Both the position numbers and the translations under genes were made by a program. From Selaginella moellendorffii (taxonomy: Eukaryota > Plantae > Lycopodiophyta): DNA of 64,000 nt. The stretch is taken from positions 1,286,806-1,350,805 of the forward strand of contig NW_003314270.1 in NCBI RefSeq assembly GCF_000143415.4. The letters run 5' to 3'. How positions within the stretch are numbered: the first letter of the stretch is position 1; every line of letters starts with the position of its first letter. Below are positions 35,013-49,481 of the stretch, piece after piece. The notes under the pieces are model-generated. The model had not been told where the DNA came from, made no database searches, and was given only the letters and a program-made list of their open reading frames with translations.

Positions 35013-36358
35013 TTGGCTTGCCGATCCAACACGGACGAAAGTCAATCAGGACCTCTGTGCCGCTGTTGGTATTTTCAAGTGGCTTTGGATCAGACGAAGG
35101 CAATCTCAACAGAAGGCCGAGAAGAAGAGTTGGCGCTGCTGCTTCAGCTACACAGATTGTACGGCGACAAGATCAGCAGCTGGATAGTTTTATCAACCAC
35201 TGGGAAAAGCAAATACGGGTTCTACTGCAGTGAGACTCTAGCCAGGGGTATTGAGTGGCTTGCGACTTTAGTGCCGGCTCAGCCAGAGCTTCATGCTGTG
35301 GATCTCCGCGACTTGGTGGCAGAAAAGCTCTACTCTACGTTAAACTCGTCACGTGAAGAAACCAAAGCCGGGCCCGGAGACTACGTCTTCAGCAAAGCGC
35401 TCCACGACGCTACAGCGGAGGTGACAAATGCTGCCAGTACGAGTCCCAGTCACTGGCCTCCTCCCGACCTTGCGACTTCGTCGGAAGATTGGTATAAGGA
35501 TCAGGACACTCCTCCCGCGGGCTGGAACAGCTTTGCGACTTAGCAGCCAATTTTCTATGCGCTGGAGCTCTGCCGACTGCGTCCCTTTCCTCGTCTTGAC
35601 GAACGAACCACGTTTGCTCTGGCTCTCTCACCATTGTCGGCGGTGGCTCCCCGACTGCGTGAGAGCTCAATACATGTCTCTACTGGAAGTGTACCTGAGG
35701 AAGCTCGGCTACGAAGAACTGGAGGCTAACCGTGTCGCAGCCAGCATTTTGGATGGAGCAGTGAGCCTCGAGTGGTCGGAAGGTGGCCGCGCGGGCGTCG
35801 GGTGTTTCGGAGCATTTTCTGGACGAAGCTGATGCGTCCCAACAGCGAGCCTCCCCGACGGTTTATCTCTTGCGCGAGATCTCCTTTCACAGAGACGTGG
35901 TAGGGGACTACAAAAAGAGTCTCGCGTTTGCTTCTCGGCTCCAAGGTGGCAACTTCCCCGAGTCGATCCAGGTGAGTTTTGTGGAAAGATACAACCAGCA
36001 GTACACCGAGACTGCCTGTGATACTGCAACTTCAAAGCCAGAGGACGTTATGCTCAGGCACGAGCTCAAGTACCTGAGAAGCGGAGATGAGCTCGAGCTA
36101 CTTCCGAAGGCAGTGCTACCTCAGCCGGAGCCAGAGGCACGACTGGACGAGCTAGTGGCAAGGCTGGACAAAAGGCTGGATGAAAACACTCAGGCAGCAG
36201 CGACTGGACTGGAAGAAATTCCTCAGCCGTGGACAGAGGACACGAAGCTGCTCGTGCTCACGCCAGAGGGGATCGACTTGGAAGTTTTGGAAGTGACGAG
36301 CCCGAGGTCTTCAAGCTCGGACAGCTACAAGAGGTTTAACGAGCTCTTGAGTAGCTAG
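35013..36358 (+). pseudogene. Frameshifted coding-like region of unknown family
   Basis: Three overlapping GC-rich ORFs (35013-35543, 35428-35832, 35783-36358) in different frames; no recognisable domain. Confidence 0.45.
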
Positions 36359-36639
36359 ACGCTCGTCTCTGGCAAGCTACTTTGGTGTTTTTTAATAACT
36401 ACTTGGCAAATGTTTGTAAATGTATTCATTTCTTTTCAAGGAAACCACAGGGTAGCTTTGTGTAGGTCGTCTCGTTTTGCCACTGCCAAAGCGTACACTT
36501 CCATCTACCTATCGCTATGGAACATTGTTCTATGTCACCGTTGCAATCTCATGGCGTTGCAAAAACAAAAGGAAGTTAGAGAAACTATAAAGAAAACTAA
36601 AGAGAACATAGACCTGGGGTTGAAGCCTCTCAGTTCGTT

Positions 36640-38760
36640 AAAACAAGCATTTTGGTTAGAACAAGCACCTGTCAAACTTCGACTTCCATATCCTTGAACA
36701 GCCGGAGTTTTCATGATCGTTGTTTTCATTGAGGTTGGACCATTGTCATGAACGTCTTCAACTGGATTGAAGTTCTGAAGTCGCAGATGCCCAACGTTGT
36801 TTCTCAGCTCGCAGGTCTTGCGTTGAGCGCAGCAGCAACATCGCTGACAATCTCTCCAAAATGTTGACACAGAATCTCTCCAATCTCGTAGCATTTTTCT
36901 TCTTGGACACAGCGTTTTTTAGTTCTTATCGTGGTTGAACAGCACCAACATGTCACTTGTCTTTTTCATGACAAGAAATTAGAACAAATTGAAACACACA
37001 CAAACCTGACAACATGAAGCTAAGTTTGTCAACTTTCAATGATCGTTAGTTTCCCTTCCCGTTGAAAGTTTCTTGGGCCGTTGTTTGCACTTAGTTTGTT
37101 TGAGTTGTTTGAGCATATCATCTTAGCTTGACTGTGTCACTGGCTCCCTTTTGCGTTGAGCATACCCCGTCGACAATCTCAATCGAAAAGAAAGAGCGTC
37201 TTCAAACGTTGAGAGTTTCAACAAATTCTTGATTGCTTCTAGCCTCTCTTTTATCGTTGATCATTCTAGAGCATATTTCTTGTCTCCGGCAAATCTCTCT
37301 TGTTTCGTTGTCTTACTCACTGAACTTACCTTGCGAGGTGGAGAGGTGCGAGAGTGGACCGGGCCTGTCAAGGATCAGCGACGGATCATGATCGTTGCTT
37401 TCATTGAGGTTGGACCATTGTCATGTACATTTTCAACAAACGTTTTGGTTAGAACAAACAGCTCACGAACCTGTTAAACTTCGACTTCCATATCGTTGGA
37501 CAGCCAGAGTTTTCATGATCGTTGTTTTCGTTGAGGTTGGACCATTGTCATGTACGTCTTCAACTGGATTGAAGTTTTGAAGATTGCAGATGCCTTACGT
37601 TGTTTCTCAGCTCCCAGGTCTTGCGTTGAGCAGCAGCAACATCGCTGACAATCTCTACAAAATGTTGACATAGAATCTCTCCAATCTCGTAGCATTTTTC
37701 TTCTTGGACACAGCATGTTTTAGTTCTTATCGTGGTTGAGCAGCACCAACATGTCACTTGTCTTTTTCATGACAAGAACTTAGAACAAATTGAAACACAC
37801 ACAAACCTGACAACAAGTTTCCCTTCGCGTTGAGAGTTCCTTGGACCGTTGTTTTGCACTTAGCTTGTTTGAGTTGTTTGATCAAGCATATCATATTAAC
37901 TTGGACTGTGTGCGTTGAGCATAGCATCGAAAAGAAAGAGCGTCTTCAAACGTTGAGAGTTTCAACACGAATTCTTAATCGCCTCTAGCCTAGAGAATAC
38001 CTCTTAGCTCGTTGCAAGCAGCTTCGCTTTCTTGCCTCCAGCAAATCTCTCTTGTTTCGTTGTCTTACTCTAAACGAACTTACCTTGCGAGGTGAGAGTG
38101 GACTTGATCCGTCGCTGATCCTTGACCGGCCCTGATCGTTGTTTTCATTGAGGTTGGACCATTGTCATGTAGAACTTCAGCTGGATTTAAGTTCTGAAGA
38201 TCGCAGTTTCCCAACGTTGTTTCTCAGCTCGCAGATCTTGTGTTGAGCGCAGCAACAACACAACTCAAAGCTCCAAAACGTTGACACAAAATCTCTCCAA
38301 TCTCTTCTCTTCTTGGCACACACTGTGACATGGGAGTTTTTCAGTTCTTATCGTCGTTGAGCAGCACCAGCATGTCACTTGGCTTCTTCATGACAAGAAA
38401 TTAGAACAAATCGAAACACACGCGAACCTGGCAACGTGAAAATAAGTATCGTTGATCGTTAGTTTTGTTCGTATTCAAACAGCGTTGTCCACATCGGTGA
38501 GTTTCCCTTCGCGTTGAGAGTTCCTTGGCCCGTTGTCTTGCACTTTGCTTGTTTGAGTTGTTTGTGTTACTGGCTCCCTTTTGCGTTGCAATCGAAAAGA
38601 GGTGTCTTCAAGCGTTGAGAGTTTCAACACGATTTCTTGATCGCCTCCAGCATACCTCTTAGCTCGTTGCAAGCAGCTTCGCTTTCCAAATCTCTGTCTT
38701 ACTCCTAACGCAAAGAAAAGCCCTACCTAAACAAACTTACCTTGCGAGGGTGGAGAGAGG
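36640..38760 (-). repeat. Three diverged tandem copies of a ~0.65-0.8 kb exon/intron-like unit
   Basis: Anchors CTTACCTTGCGAGG at 37325/38079/38736; TTAGAACAAAT at ~36979/37780/38401; GAGGTTGGACCATTGTCATG at 36731/37406/37533/38150. Confidence 0.9.
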
Positions 38761-39619
38761 CGAAGCGGCCTACCTGGAGCTCCGATCAATGGGCAGAGTG
38801 GAAGGGTCGCGAAACCCAAGACGCGGCATCCATCACTGCTCTAGCCCTTTATCACCGATGAGCCCTAAACTTGAGCTAAGTACCACTGTTTTATATAGAC
38901 AGGGCAAAAAGGGGAAGTTCTCAATTAGTGCAAAACGAAGAATCTTACTTGATCCAGAAGCTTCCCGTGCTGGCAACAGCAGCACGGAAGAGCCAACCAG
39001 CAGGCTCCGATCAGCAGGATTCCTCGAGCCGGCGATAGGATCCGTATGCATCGTGTTAAACAAACACAACATGAAATGCGTCTCCGACGAGCAGCATGTC
39101 GCCTTCCTTATACAGCTTGCCACGTTCAGGTTCTCGTCAATGCTGAACAGATGCTGCAGATCCTCCAGGAGTTGCGTGTTGCATGTATAATCCCCAAAAC
39201 TTGGACAAGTCCAAAGCTCGTCCCACTGCACCCTGTTTGTGAACTTTTGAAAAGTAGAAGATTCAGAGTTTGGCTCTTCAAATAAAGAATGAGATCTTAC
39301 TTTGGTGCACGTCCTGCTTGGTTGCTGTTGTTGCTGCTGCTGGTTCCAGTTCTGGCCAGTAAAACACTTCCTGAAGCCAGAAGTTTCCAACTTGAGATCC
39401 TTGTGGACGTTGTCTTTGGCAGTGCTGGCCAAAGCTGTCTTTGGTTTCAACGAGACGAGAAACCAAATAGTTTGCACTTGCGGTGAGAATTGTTTGCATT
39501 ACCTCTCGTAAGGGGCTCTTCACCTCCTGAAAGGGTGGTAATTGTTGGATTGATTTGAATGTAAATTATTTGCTTATGTATATACGTTAGGGTTTTTGGG
39601 CTAATGGATGTGCATATTT

Positions 39620-39685
39620 TTATATGTATATATGTATGTATATGTGTATGTATGTATGTATTTATATTTGTATATGTGTATATGT
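39620..39685. repeat. (TATG/TA)n microsatellite
   Basis: tatatgtatatatgtatgtatatgtgtatgtatgtatgta. Confidence 0.85.
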
Positions 39686-39699
39686 CCTTGCGATCATTA

Positions 39700-41400
39700 A
39701 CAGGTAATATATTAATTATATTAAGTTTAGGATTAAATCTACTCCATTCATTCATGTATATAAGGAGAAGTTTAAATACCTATTTCTAAATCTCAAGCAT
39801 TCACATCAGTGAAAAGTGAAAGTGAGGACCTTTGCAATTTATCTTTAGAGGGCAAGGTTTTTTTGGTAATGTTTTATATTCAGGGTTATGCTTTCATTTT
39901 TATTCTTTCAAATTTAAAATTGTAACTATCAGATTTGAAATTTTTTTTAATCTCTATTACATTCTCTTCTTCTATAATGCCAATTATCGATTAAAGAGTA
40001 TATCACTTTAAATTACTCCATTGAATTGAGTTTTTGATGTTATAATGTATGATTATATTGGTGTTATACCTATCCTTTGTGTATTATCATCTCTAACTCT
40101 CATAAGACGTGATTATATAGCTTCTATTCTTAGTGTCTTGCCATCTCCTATTGATATGGGTATAATTGTGATATTGTGATTGTAGAGATATTAATGATTA
40201 AATAATGTTTACAAGCTTAAATGGAATTCTATTGATAAAGAATTCAAGATGAGTTGAAGATTTAGTGGGGTAAGTGTTGATTTTTTAATCTACCATTTGA
40301 TCCTTTATATTTGTATATTGCTCTTTCTCAACTTTTTTTTTTAATTTCTCAGTTTAAGCCACTTTCTCATGTTTCTAATGCTTTTTTCTCATCTACAATA
40401 TTTTCTTTTCCTAAGATATCAATAATTTGTGACTTTTATCATTCTCATTTTTAAACCAGCATTGAGTTAAGTGTTTTTTGGTTTTTGTTATACAAAATCT
40501 GAATGTTGAGTATATATATAAAGTTGAAAATCTTGCTTTTGTTTTGTTAGTGGAGGTTTAAGGTGTGTGTTGAGGAAGTTCAACAATGTGAATCTGTTAT
40601 TTATGTTATGGTCATTAACATATTTTGTAACAAGAGGTCTTTTGTTTTCCAAGTGTTTGAACACATTTTCTTCTTTTTATTTTTTCATTTTTAATTTAAT
40701 AGTTTCTCTTATTTGCCTTGACATTTCAAACTTTCTTTTTTCAAAAAAAGAGGTGGAGGAGTGATGAGAATGATGGAGTGAGGATTTATTGATAAAGCAA
40801 AAAAGAACAACATGGATTGTAAGTGAGTACAAGTATAGTGAGTACAAAGATACTAAATTTGAATAAAACATCTACCACAAATCTAGTGAGGTTAAACAAA
40901 TATGGTAATAAAATGAAGTTGAATATAGGTAACAGAGTGAGGTTAAGTGTAATAAGTTTTTATGAAACTAGTGTTTCAGATTTTTTTTCTGTCAAGGAAG
41001 GTATATTGAGGATGTGAAAGATAAATAAAGCAAATTTAACTTATTATATGTAGTGTTGAATGTTGACAAGAAAGAAGACGCAAAGATAAATTTTATTGAT
41101 CAAGTTAATAATAGTCTTAAATGATGGCTAGCAAACAAATTTAGTGATGAAATATATTATTTATTACAATAATGTTTTGTGGATTATAATGGTTTTCAAA
41201 GTGCCTTGCTTTAGTTCAAAATTATAACTTTAAAATTAGTTCAAAAATTAAGCATTACACACAGAATTATAACTGATTCATTGGGGTTTTCTAATTAATT
41301 GATGCTTGTGCCATGACTTTGGGTTTTATTTTTGTTATGGTTGTCAGCAATTATATTAGTGGCAATTTTATAATTTTAACAGGCTAATTATATAATTTAT
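39700..41400. other. AT-rich, CpG-poor degenerate sequence, probably an old TE remnant
   Basis: Composition only; no diagnostic motif recovered. Confidence 0.35.
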
Positions 41401-41502
41401 TACACTAAGATTCTTTCAAAAGTAACTTCTTATGGCTGTGAGATTCTAACATCAGCTGAGGAGTAGATGGAAAGCCAGGTGAGACGGGATAACTTCTCCC
41501 TT

Positions 41503-42091
41503 TCACTGTGCTTTACCAGACTTCACATTATTGAGTATTTGCTCCAGCCTGAATTTCATCACTGGCTGCCCCTTGGAAGTTTTCTTAAACATCTTTGCCT
41601 TGGTCTGCTTCCTCAGCTTCTCCGAGTGCTCCCGAGCCTGCTGCCTCGCCGCATTCTCCTTTGCTCTCTCTTCCTTGACAACTTCCACCTCCTCTTTCTT
41701 CCTTTTATATTCGCCTCTCAGCCTCTCCAGGGAATTGAAGCCCCGTTTTCTGTGCCTTCTTCCACCAATTTGGCTACGGCTGCCCCCAGCACCATCTTCA
41801 TTCTCTGCCTCTGCGTGTGTAGCATCCTCTTCAGGTTTCTACAAGAAGCTCTCTCTCTCAGCAACGTTTTCTGCACCAACTACAAAACTTACTTGAGGAT
41901 CGAGCTCCTTCTTCAGCTTCTTATACTTCTGCACCTTCTTGGCGTTCTGGTAGAACTCGCGCTTCTTCTCTGCGCAGGGAAGAGCAAAAAGATTGATACT
42001 AAATGCGATCAAATGACTCACTGATTTCACAGGGGTTGTAAGACGACCGGGATTTCACTGCCTCCTTGCCGCCTGGCTGCCGCTTCTTCAT
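41503..42091 (-). CDS. rRNA-processing protein FYV7/CCDC59-like
   Basis: Basic coiled-coil exons; EKKREFYQNAK; C-terminal KTSKGQPVMKFRLEQIL. Confidence 0.75.
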
Positions 42092-42124
42092 TTCCAACCC
42101 TAAAAAAGGTGGGCTTGTTTCTTC

Positions 42125-44767
<2,643 letters not shown>

Positions 44768-44778
44768 TGCAAAGCCCT

Positions 44779-44787
44779 AAACCCTAA
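44779..44787. promoter_or_regulatory. Telo-box (AAACCCTAA) in a bidirectional promoter; others at 4453, 47650 and 58009
   Basis: Exact AAACCCTAA/TTAGGGTTT next to gene starts. Confidence 0.5.
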
Positions 44788-44905
44788 GCCAACTCATAAG
44801 CCCGCGCGACGAATATTCCATCAAGTGATTAGCCCTAACGTAAAGCGCATATTCTGTGATCCTAGGATCGTCGTCGTTCGTGAAAACCGCAGGGAGGGAA
44901 GAGCC

Positions 44906-45675
44906 ATGGCGCCCAAGGCCGCTCCAACGCCGTCGCCGCCGCCGCCGCCGCCAGCCCCGGAGCCAGCGGCTGTAGGTATTTCACTGCCGAAGCTATCGAT
45001 TCTGACGAAATGCAGGCTGGGAATCGATGCTGACAAGCCCCTGTTGTTCTTGCTTGCCAGAGGCGCCCGAGGCGCCGCCGCCGGAGCCGACATTCACAGG
45101 CACCTGGTTCGATGATCCTGTTGAGGTGCGTTTCTCTTTCACTCGATCCATCCTTTCGGGAAGAAATCGTTCTTTTCATTCTGGTTTTCAGGGAGAAGCT
45201 GCTCAACAGGCAGCATTGGAATTGAAAAACAGGATAGAGATCAGAGCCTTGTCCGTGCGGCAATTCCTGGTAAGATTTTCTCTTCTTCTTCGTGTTTCGT
45301 TTGGAGAATTTACCTTGTATTCGATCTCTCATAGGAAAAAACGGTGGTACCTCTCCTATTGCAAGGCATGCACCACCTTGTTCTTGAAAGGTACGTGGTT
45401 TTGACCCCTCAGTCTTCCTATAAGCAGTGCACAGTGAAGCGAGGTCTTAGCAGTCTAGCCAGTCTTTGTTTCTCGTCGGTTTTCTTTTGTTTTGCTTCCC
45501 ATTGCATTTGTCTCTGTCCAGGCCGTCGAATCCAGTCGAGTATTTAGCTGCTTTCTTGCTTAAAAACAATCCACAGGGGCCTGAGCCTCCGTTGCCCGAA
45601 GAGCCGCCTAAGGAATCTGCCGCTGGCGCTACTCCTACGGAAGCTCCTCCGGAAGCTCCTGCTGCTCCAAGCTAG
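44906..45675 (+). CDS. DPY30: DPY30-domain protein with Pro/Ala-rich flanks
   Basis: Spliced LSVRQFL|EKTVVPLLLQGMHHLVLER|PSNPVEYLAAFLLKNNP matches the Dpy-30 motif. Confidence 0.85.
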
Positions 45676-45965
45676 ACAAATTCTAGTTTATTCTCGTCCT
45701 GATCTTCTAGTTATCCTGATTCAGTTTTGTATGCATGCGGTGCTAGATACTTCAAACAGACTGAGTGACCGTTTTGATCCTTCGCGTTCTGTATGCATGG
45801 ATCTTAGAATGCATGAGAAGTTGCGAAAAGAAGAAACATGAGAAGTTGCGGTAAAAAGATTTTCTACTTCCTGCTGTGTGGAGCTGCCAGTTTTACTGGC
45901 TGACAAACACGCAGCAGCATCTTTGGAAGTGACTACTGCCTGGAACTGACATAAGCAATCAGTTG

Positions 45966-46625
45966 CTAAACTTTTTGTGCTTCTGGATGCTCCACCTGTT
46001 GCCATGAAGTTGAGTCCTCTGGCAAGTTTTCCTCTTGATTTTCAGATGCTTCTCTATTTGTTGGAGGGTCATTGATTTCGTGCTCCTCCGTGTGAGTTTG
46101 ATTTTCTGCTCGCTGAGCATCATTTTCTGCTGCTTTTGGAGCATCATCACCATCGTTGTTGAAGCTCGAGTCGTCCATGTCTATGAGTGACCCGTCGCTC
46201 GCGAAAATCCCCTCATAGGATACAAAGGAGAGCGATCTTAAGGTGCGCTCTAATTGATGGACTCGTTTCTCGTGTTCGGTTTTAACGATTGGACTGTCAA
46301 AACATTCTTCCTCAGGCAATTCTTCGGTATTGCTCTCTGCGATTTTCAACTTGGATTCACACCAGACTCTCGCACTCTCCTGAAGGCATCTAACCCGTCC
46401 CAGCCAGGACTTATCGTCCTTCTGAGGCGGTGTGTGCTCGCCGTCCTGGAAGCTCGGCCCGAGCGTTACAAGCGCAGCCACGCAGAGAGCGGTGGAGAGG
46501 AAGAGGGGAACAAAGTAGACAAGGACTTGGAAAAAAATCGGAAGTACAAAGAGGAGCAGCAGGCCAGAAGAGATGAGTGGATGCTTCAGAGGCGCATTGA
46601 GGATGTTAGAAACTTGGACAGCCAT
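45966..46625 (-). CDS. Uncharacterised TM protein, paralog of 23024-24046
   Basis: HPLISSGLLLLFVLPIFFQVLVYFVPLFLSTALCVAALVTLGP, acidic tail. Confidence 0.72.
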   Translation of the reverse strand: MAVQVSNILNAPLKHPLISSGLLLLFVLPIFFQVLVYFVPLFLSTALCVAALVTLGPSFQDGEHTPPQKDDKSWLGRVRCLQESARVWCESKLKIAESNTEELPEEECFDSPIVKTEHEKRVHQLERTLRSLSFVSYEGIFASDGSLIDMDDSSFNNDGDDAPKAAENDAQRAENQTHTEEHEINDPPTNREASENQEENLPEDSTSWQQVEHPEAQKV

Positions 46626-47666
46626 GTCCTGGGTGAAGCTTGCGAATCCTTAAGCGCTCGCAAACTTACCTCGGAAAAAGTCAACACTCTCGCTTCGAGA
46701 TCGAGATCTAGATCTTCCCGGTAAGCCGTAGCCGTTGCTGCGTCGCGAGTTTCTTTTCTAAATCGTGAATCTCATGATCTTACCATGCAGGAGTCAGGAC
46801 TCGCTGAAGAACAAGGAAACAAGGAAAGAGAGATCTCTCCAAGAAAAACTGTGCAGCCAACGAACGAGAGAAGACGAGTAGCTCTGGACTTTGAGGTCTG
46901 CTCCAGCTTAAAAAGGCTGCTGGGACGTAAAGATAAGCTCTTCACTGGACCCACGACCGGCCTTATGTTTGTTTATGCTTTTTTACAGGCCTCGGGAAAA
47001 GCTGGCCAGGCAAATGGGCTTTCGAGCAGAAGAAGACACATGAACAATGCAGGGATCGCAGTATGGTCGTTTCAGGCTCTTTGGGTGCTCGTACCATCGA
47101 CACCATGTGATGGAAGAATACGATTCCAGTGAAGGTAAAAAAAAAAGAAAAAGGTTTTTATTTTCTGGTAAGATTTCGTCTTTCGCGTTGGCAATGCGTT
47201 TCATAGTGATACGTGTTCTTGTTTTTGTTTGTAGGATGGAAGACGGGGAGAGAGGACGTAGGACCGTTTTGATCGTGAATTATTTGGCCGCGTGGATGGA
47301 TGGCTTCCTTTTTCTTCGAGCTTGTTCGGCTCTAAGGTTAGCTATCAATCAGAGGGACCCAAAGGCTGCCTGATTTCAAAAGGTATGGTGTCTTTTGCTT
47401 GGATTTGTGGCCTGTTCATAGATTGAGATTGTCCAGAGGGGCTTTCTCGATCGATCGAAGTGGCGCGAGAGTGACTGACTTTAAAATAAATGGATGGTCT
47501 TGCGGGAATCGGAGGAGTGGCGCTAGCATCTGGAAATGAGTTTGTTTTGGGAATCCTCGTAGCCATGAATGCACGGAAAGAGCTAGAGCTTGTCTTAACT
47601 TAATTAACCAGGTTAAATCTAAATTAGTCACGTTAACTAATCCTAGGGCTTAGGGTTTTTGTGGCT

Positions 47667-49145
47667 ATGGCGGCCAGCGAGAAGAAGAAGAAGAAGAGGC
47701 GGAAGGGGCCGTCGCTCAATGACACTGGGCTCAAGGACAGCGATCTCCAGGAGGCTGAGCGGCTGCACGGATTGCTGTTTGGAGCGCTCGAGAATGCGGC
47801 AGAGGGTCTGGGCAAGGAGATTGAGGTAGGCGATGGATTTCGGAGGGATGTGCTAGGGGTCGATGCCGGGGAGGAGCCGGCCGCGGAAGAATGTGAGAGG
47901 AAGCCGGCATGGATCGACGAGGAAGAGAGCGAAATCCAGGTGAAAGAGGGCAAGGCTGTGTCGGCGGCGGAGTATGTTGCTGGGTTGAGGGCACAGCACG
48001 CGAAGCTCAATCCGGGGACCGACTGGGCAGCGCTTCCATCGGAGAAGAAGAAGAGAAAGAATTTTGATTCGGAGCTTGATTCCGATGTGGAGGAGGACGA
48101 GGACGAAGATCACACGAGAATTCTTCGAGAGAACGATGAGTTAGTCGTGAAGAGCAAGGTCCGGTTGCCGCAGGGATTGATCGAAGTGTCGAGGCTCAAG
48201 GATGGAAATGCCGATGAGCCTTCCAGCGCAGTGGTGAGGTCCGTGGAGTTCCACAGGAATGGCCAGATTTTGATGACGGCCGGGTTTGACAAGAGGCTGC
48301 GCTTCTTCCAGATCGATGGCAAGAAGAATCCCAAGATCCAGAGCGTCTTCCTGGACAACTTCCCCGTCCACAAAGCGAGCTTCGTGCCCGACGGATCCAA
48401 AGTCGTGGCTTCCTCGCGGAGGAAGATGTACGTCTTGTATGATCTTGCTCACGCCAAGGTGGAGAAGGTGATGCCTCCGGTCGGGAGAGACGAGCAAAGC
48501 CTGGAGAGCTTCGAGGTCTCTCCGGATAGCAAGGTGGTGGCTTTCATCGGGAACGAGGGATACATCCTTTTGAGCTCGCTTGGAACGAAACAGCTCATTG
48601 GAACGCTGAAAATGAATGGCTCTGTGCGATCGCTGGCGTTTGCGAACGATGGTCGCCAGCTTCTCAGCTGTGGCGGCGACGGGGAAGTCTACTGCTGGGA
48701 CTTGAGCACCAGGAGGTGCTTGTACAAGATCAGGGACGATGGCTGTGTCAACAACACGGCGCTGTGCGTGTCCCCGGCAGCAAACGAGTACTTCTCCACG
48801 GGATCTTCCAGCGGGGTTGTCAACGTTTACAAGTACCAGGGACTCGCGAGCGGTGGTGCCGCCGCCGGGCCCGTCAAGACGCTGATGAACTTGACGACGG
48901 CGGCGGACACCTTGAAGTTCAACCACGACGGCCAGATCCTCGCGATGTGCTCGAGAATGAAGAAGGACGCGGTGAGGCTCGTTCACGTCCCTTCCTTCAC
49001 GGTCTTCTCCAACTGGCCGACGCCGAAGACGGGCTTGCAGTACGTGCACTCGCTCGACTTTAGCCCCGGGAGCGGATATCTAGCAGCAGGAAACGCCGCG
49101 GGGAAGGTTTTGCTCTTCAGGCTTCGTCACTACGAGCACGCGTGA
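47667..49145 (+). CDS. UTP18: U3 snoRNP-associated protein 18 (WD40), intronless
   Basis: KPAWIDEE, YVAGLR..H..LNP..WA, RFFQIDGKKNPKIQS, VHVPSFTVFSNWP. Confidence 0.93.
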   Translation: MAASEKKKKKRRKGPSLNDTGLKDSDLQEAERLHGLLFGALENAAEGLGKEIEVGDGFRRDVLGVDAGEEPAAEECERKPAWIDEEESEIQVKEGKAVSAAEYVAGLRAQHAKLNPGTDWAALPSEKKKRKNFDSELDSDVEEDEDEDHTRILRENDELVVKSKVRLPQGLIEVSRLKDGNADEPSSAVVRSVEFHRNGQILMTAGFDKRLRFFQIDGKKNPKIQSVFLDNFPVHKASFVPDGSKVVASSRRKMYVLYDLAHAKVEKVMPPVGRDEQSLESFEVSPDSKVVAFIGNEGYILLSSLGTKQLIGTLKMNGSVRSLAFANDGRQLLSCGGDGEVYCWDLSTRRCLYKIRDDGCVNNTALCVSPAANEYFSTGSSSGVVNVYKYQGLASGGAAAGPVKTLMNLTTAADTLKFNHDGQILAMCSRMKKDAVRLVHVPSFTVFSNWPTPKTGLQYVHSLDFSPGSGYLAAGNAAGKVLLFRLRHYEHA

Positions 49146-49481
49146 CTACACAGGTCTTTTCTTCTATCTTTGGCGGTTTGCTTCCATGCTTCCATGACTC
49201 TCCTCTTGGGTCCCTTTGCAACTTCCAGCGGAATGCGCTCGCACAGGTCTCTCTTAGTAAAATTCCAGTTTTGCTCCGCCAACTTTTGCTCTTGTTAGCA
49301 GAGGGGATTGGCGCTGATGTAATGACTAGTGCAAGATTAATCCAGATCCGGGAGTTTTTTTTATAGTAAGCAGTCTCAAGCTCACGGGCTGGATCAGTAC
49401 AGCAGACAGGCAGCAGGCTTAAAAGGACTCTCCACCACCCGAGTTGCCAGTAGTGGATTTTCAACTCTTCCTTCGACGAAG

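Noticed and set aside
36640-38760. Repeat array considered as CRISPR-like
   Set aside because: Units are hundreds of nt, diverged, lack unique spacers, and the context is eukaryotic
39900-41000. Possible LINE endonuclease/RT remnant on the minus strand
   Set aside because: Only vague motif resemblance; not supportable without a profile search
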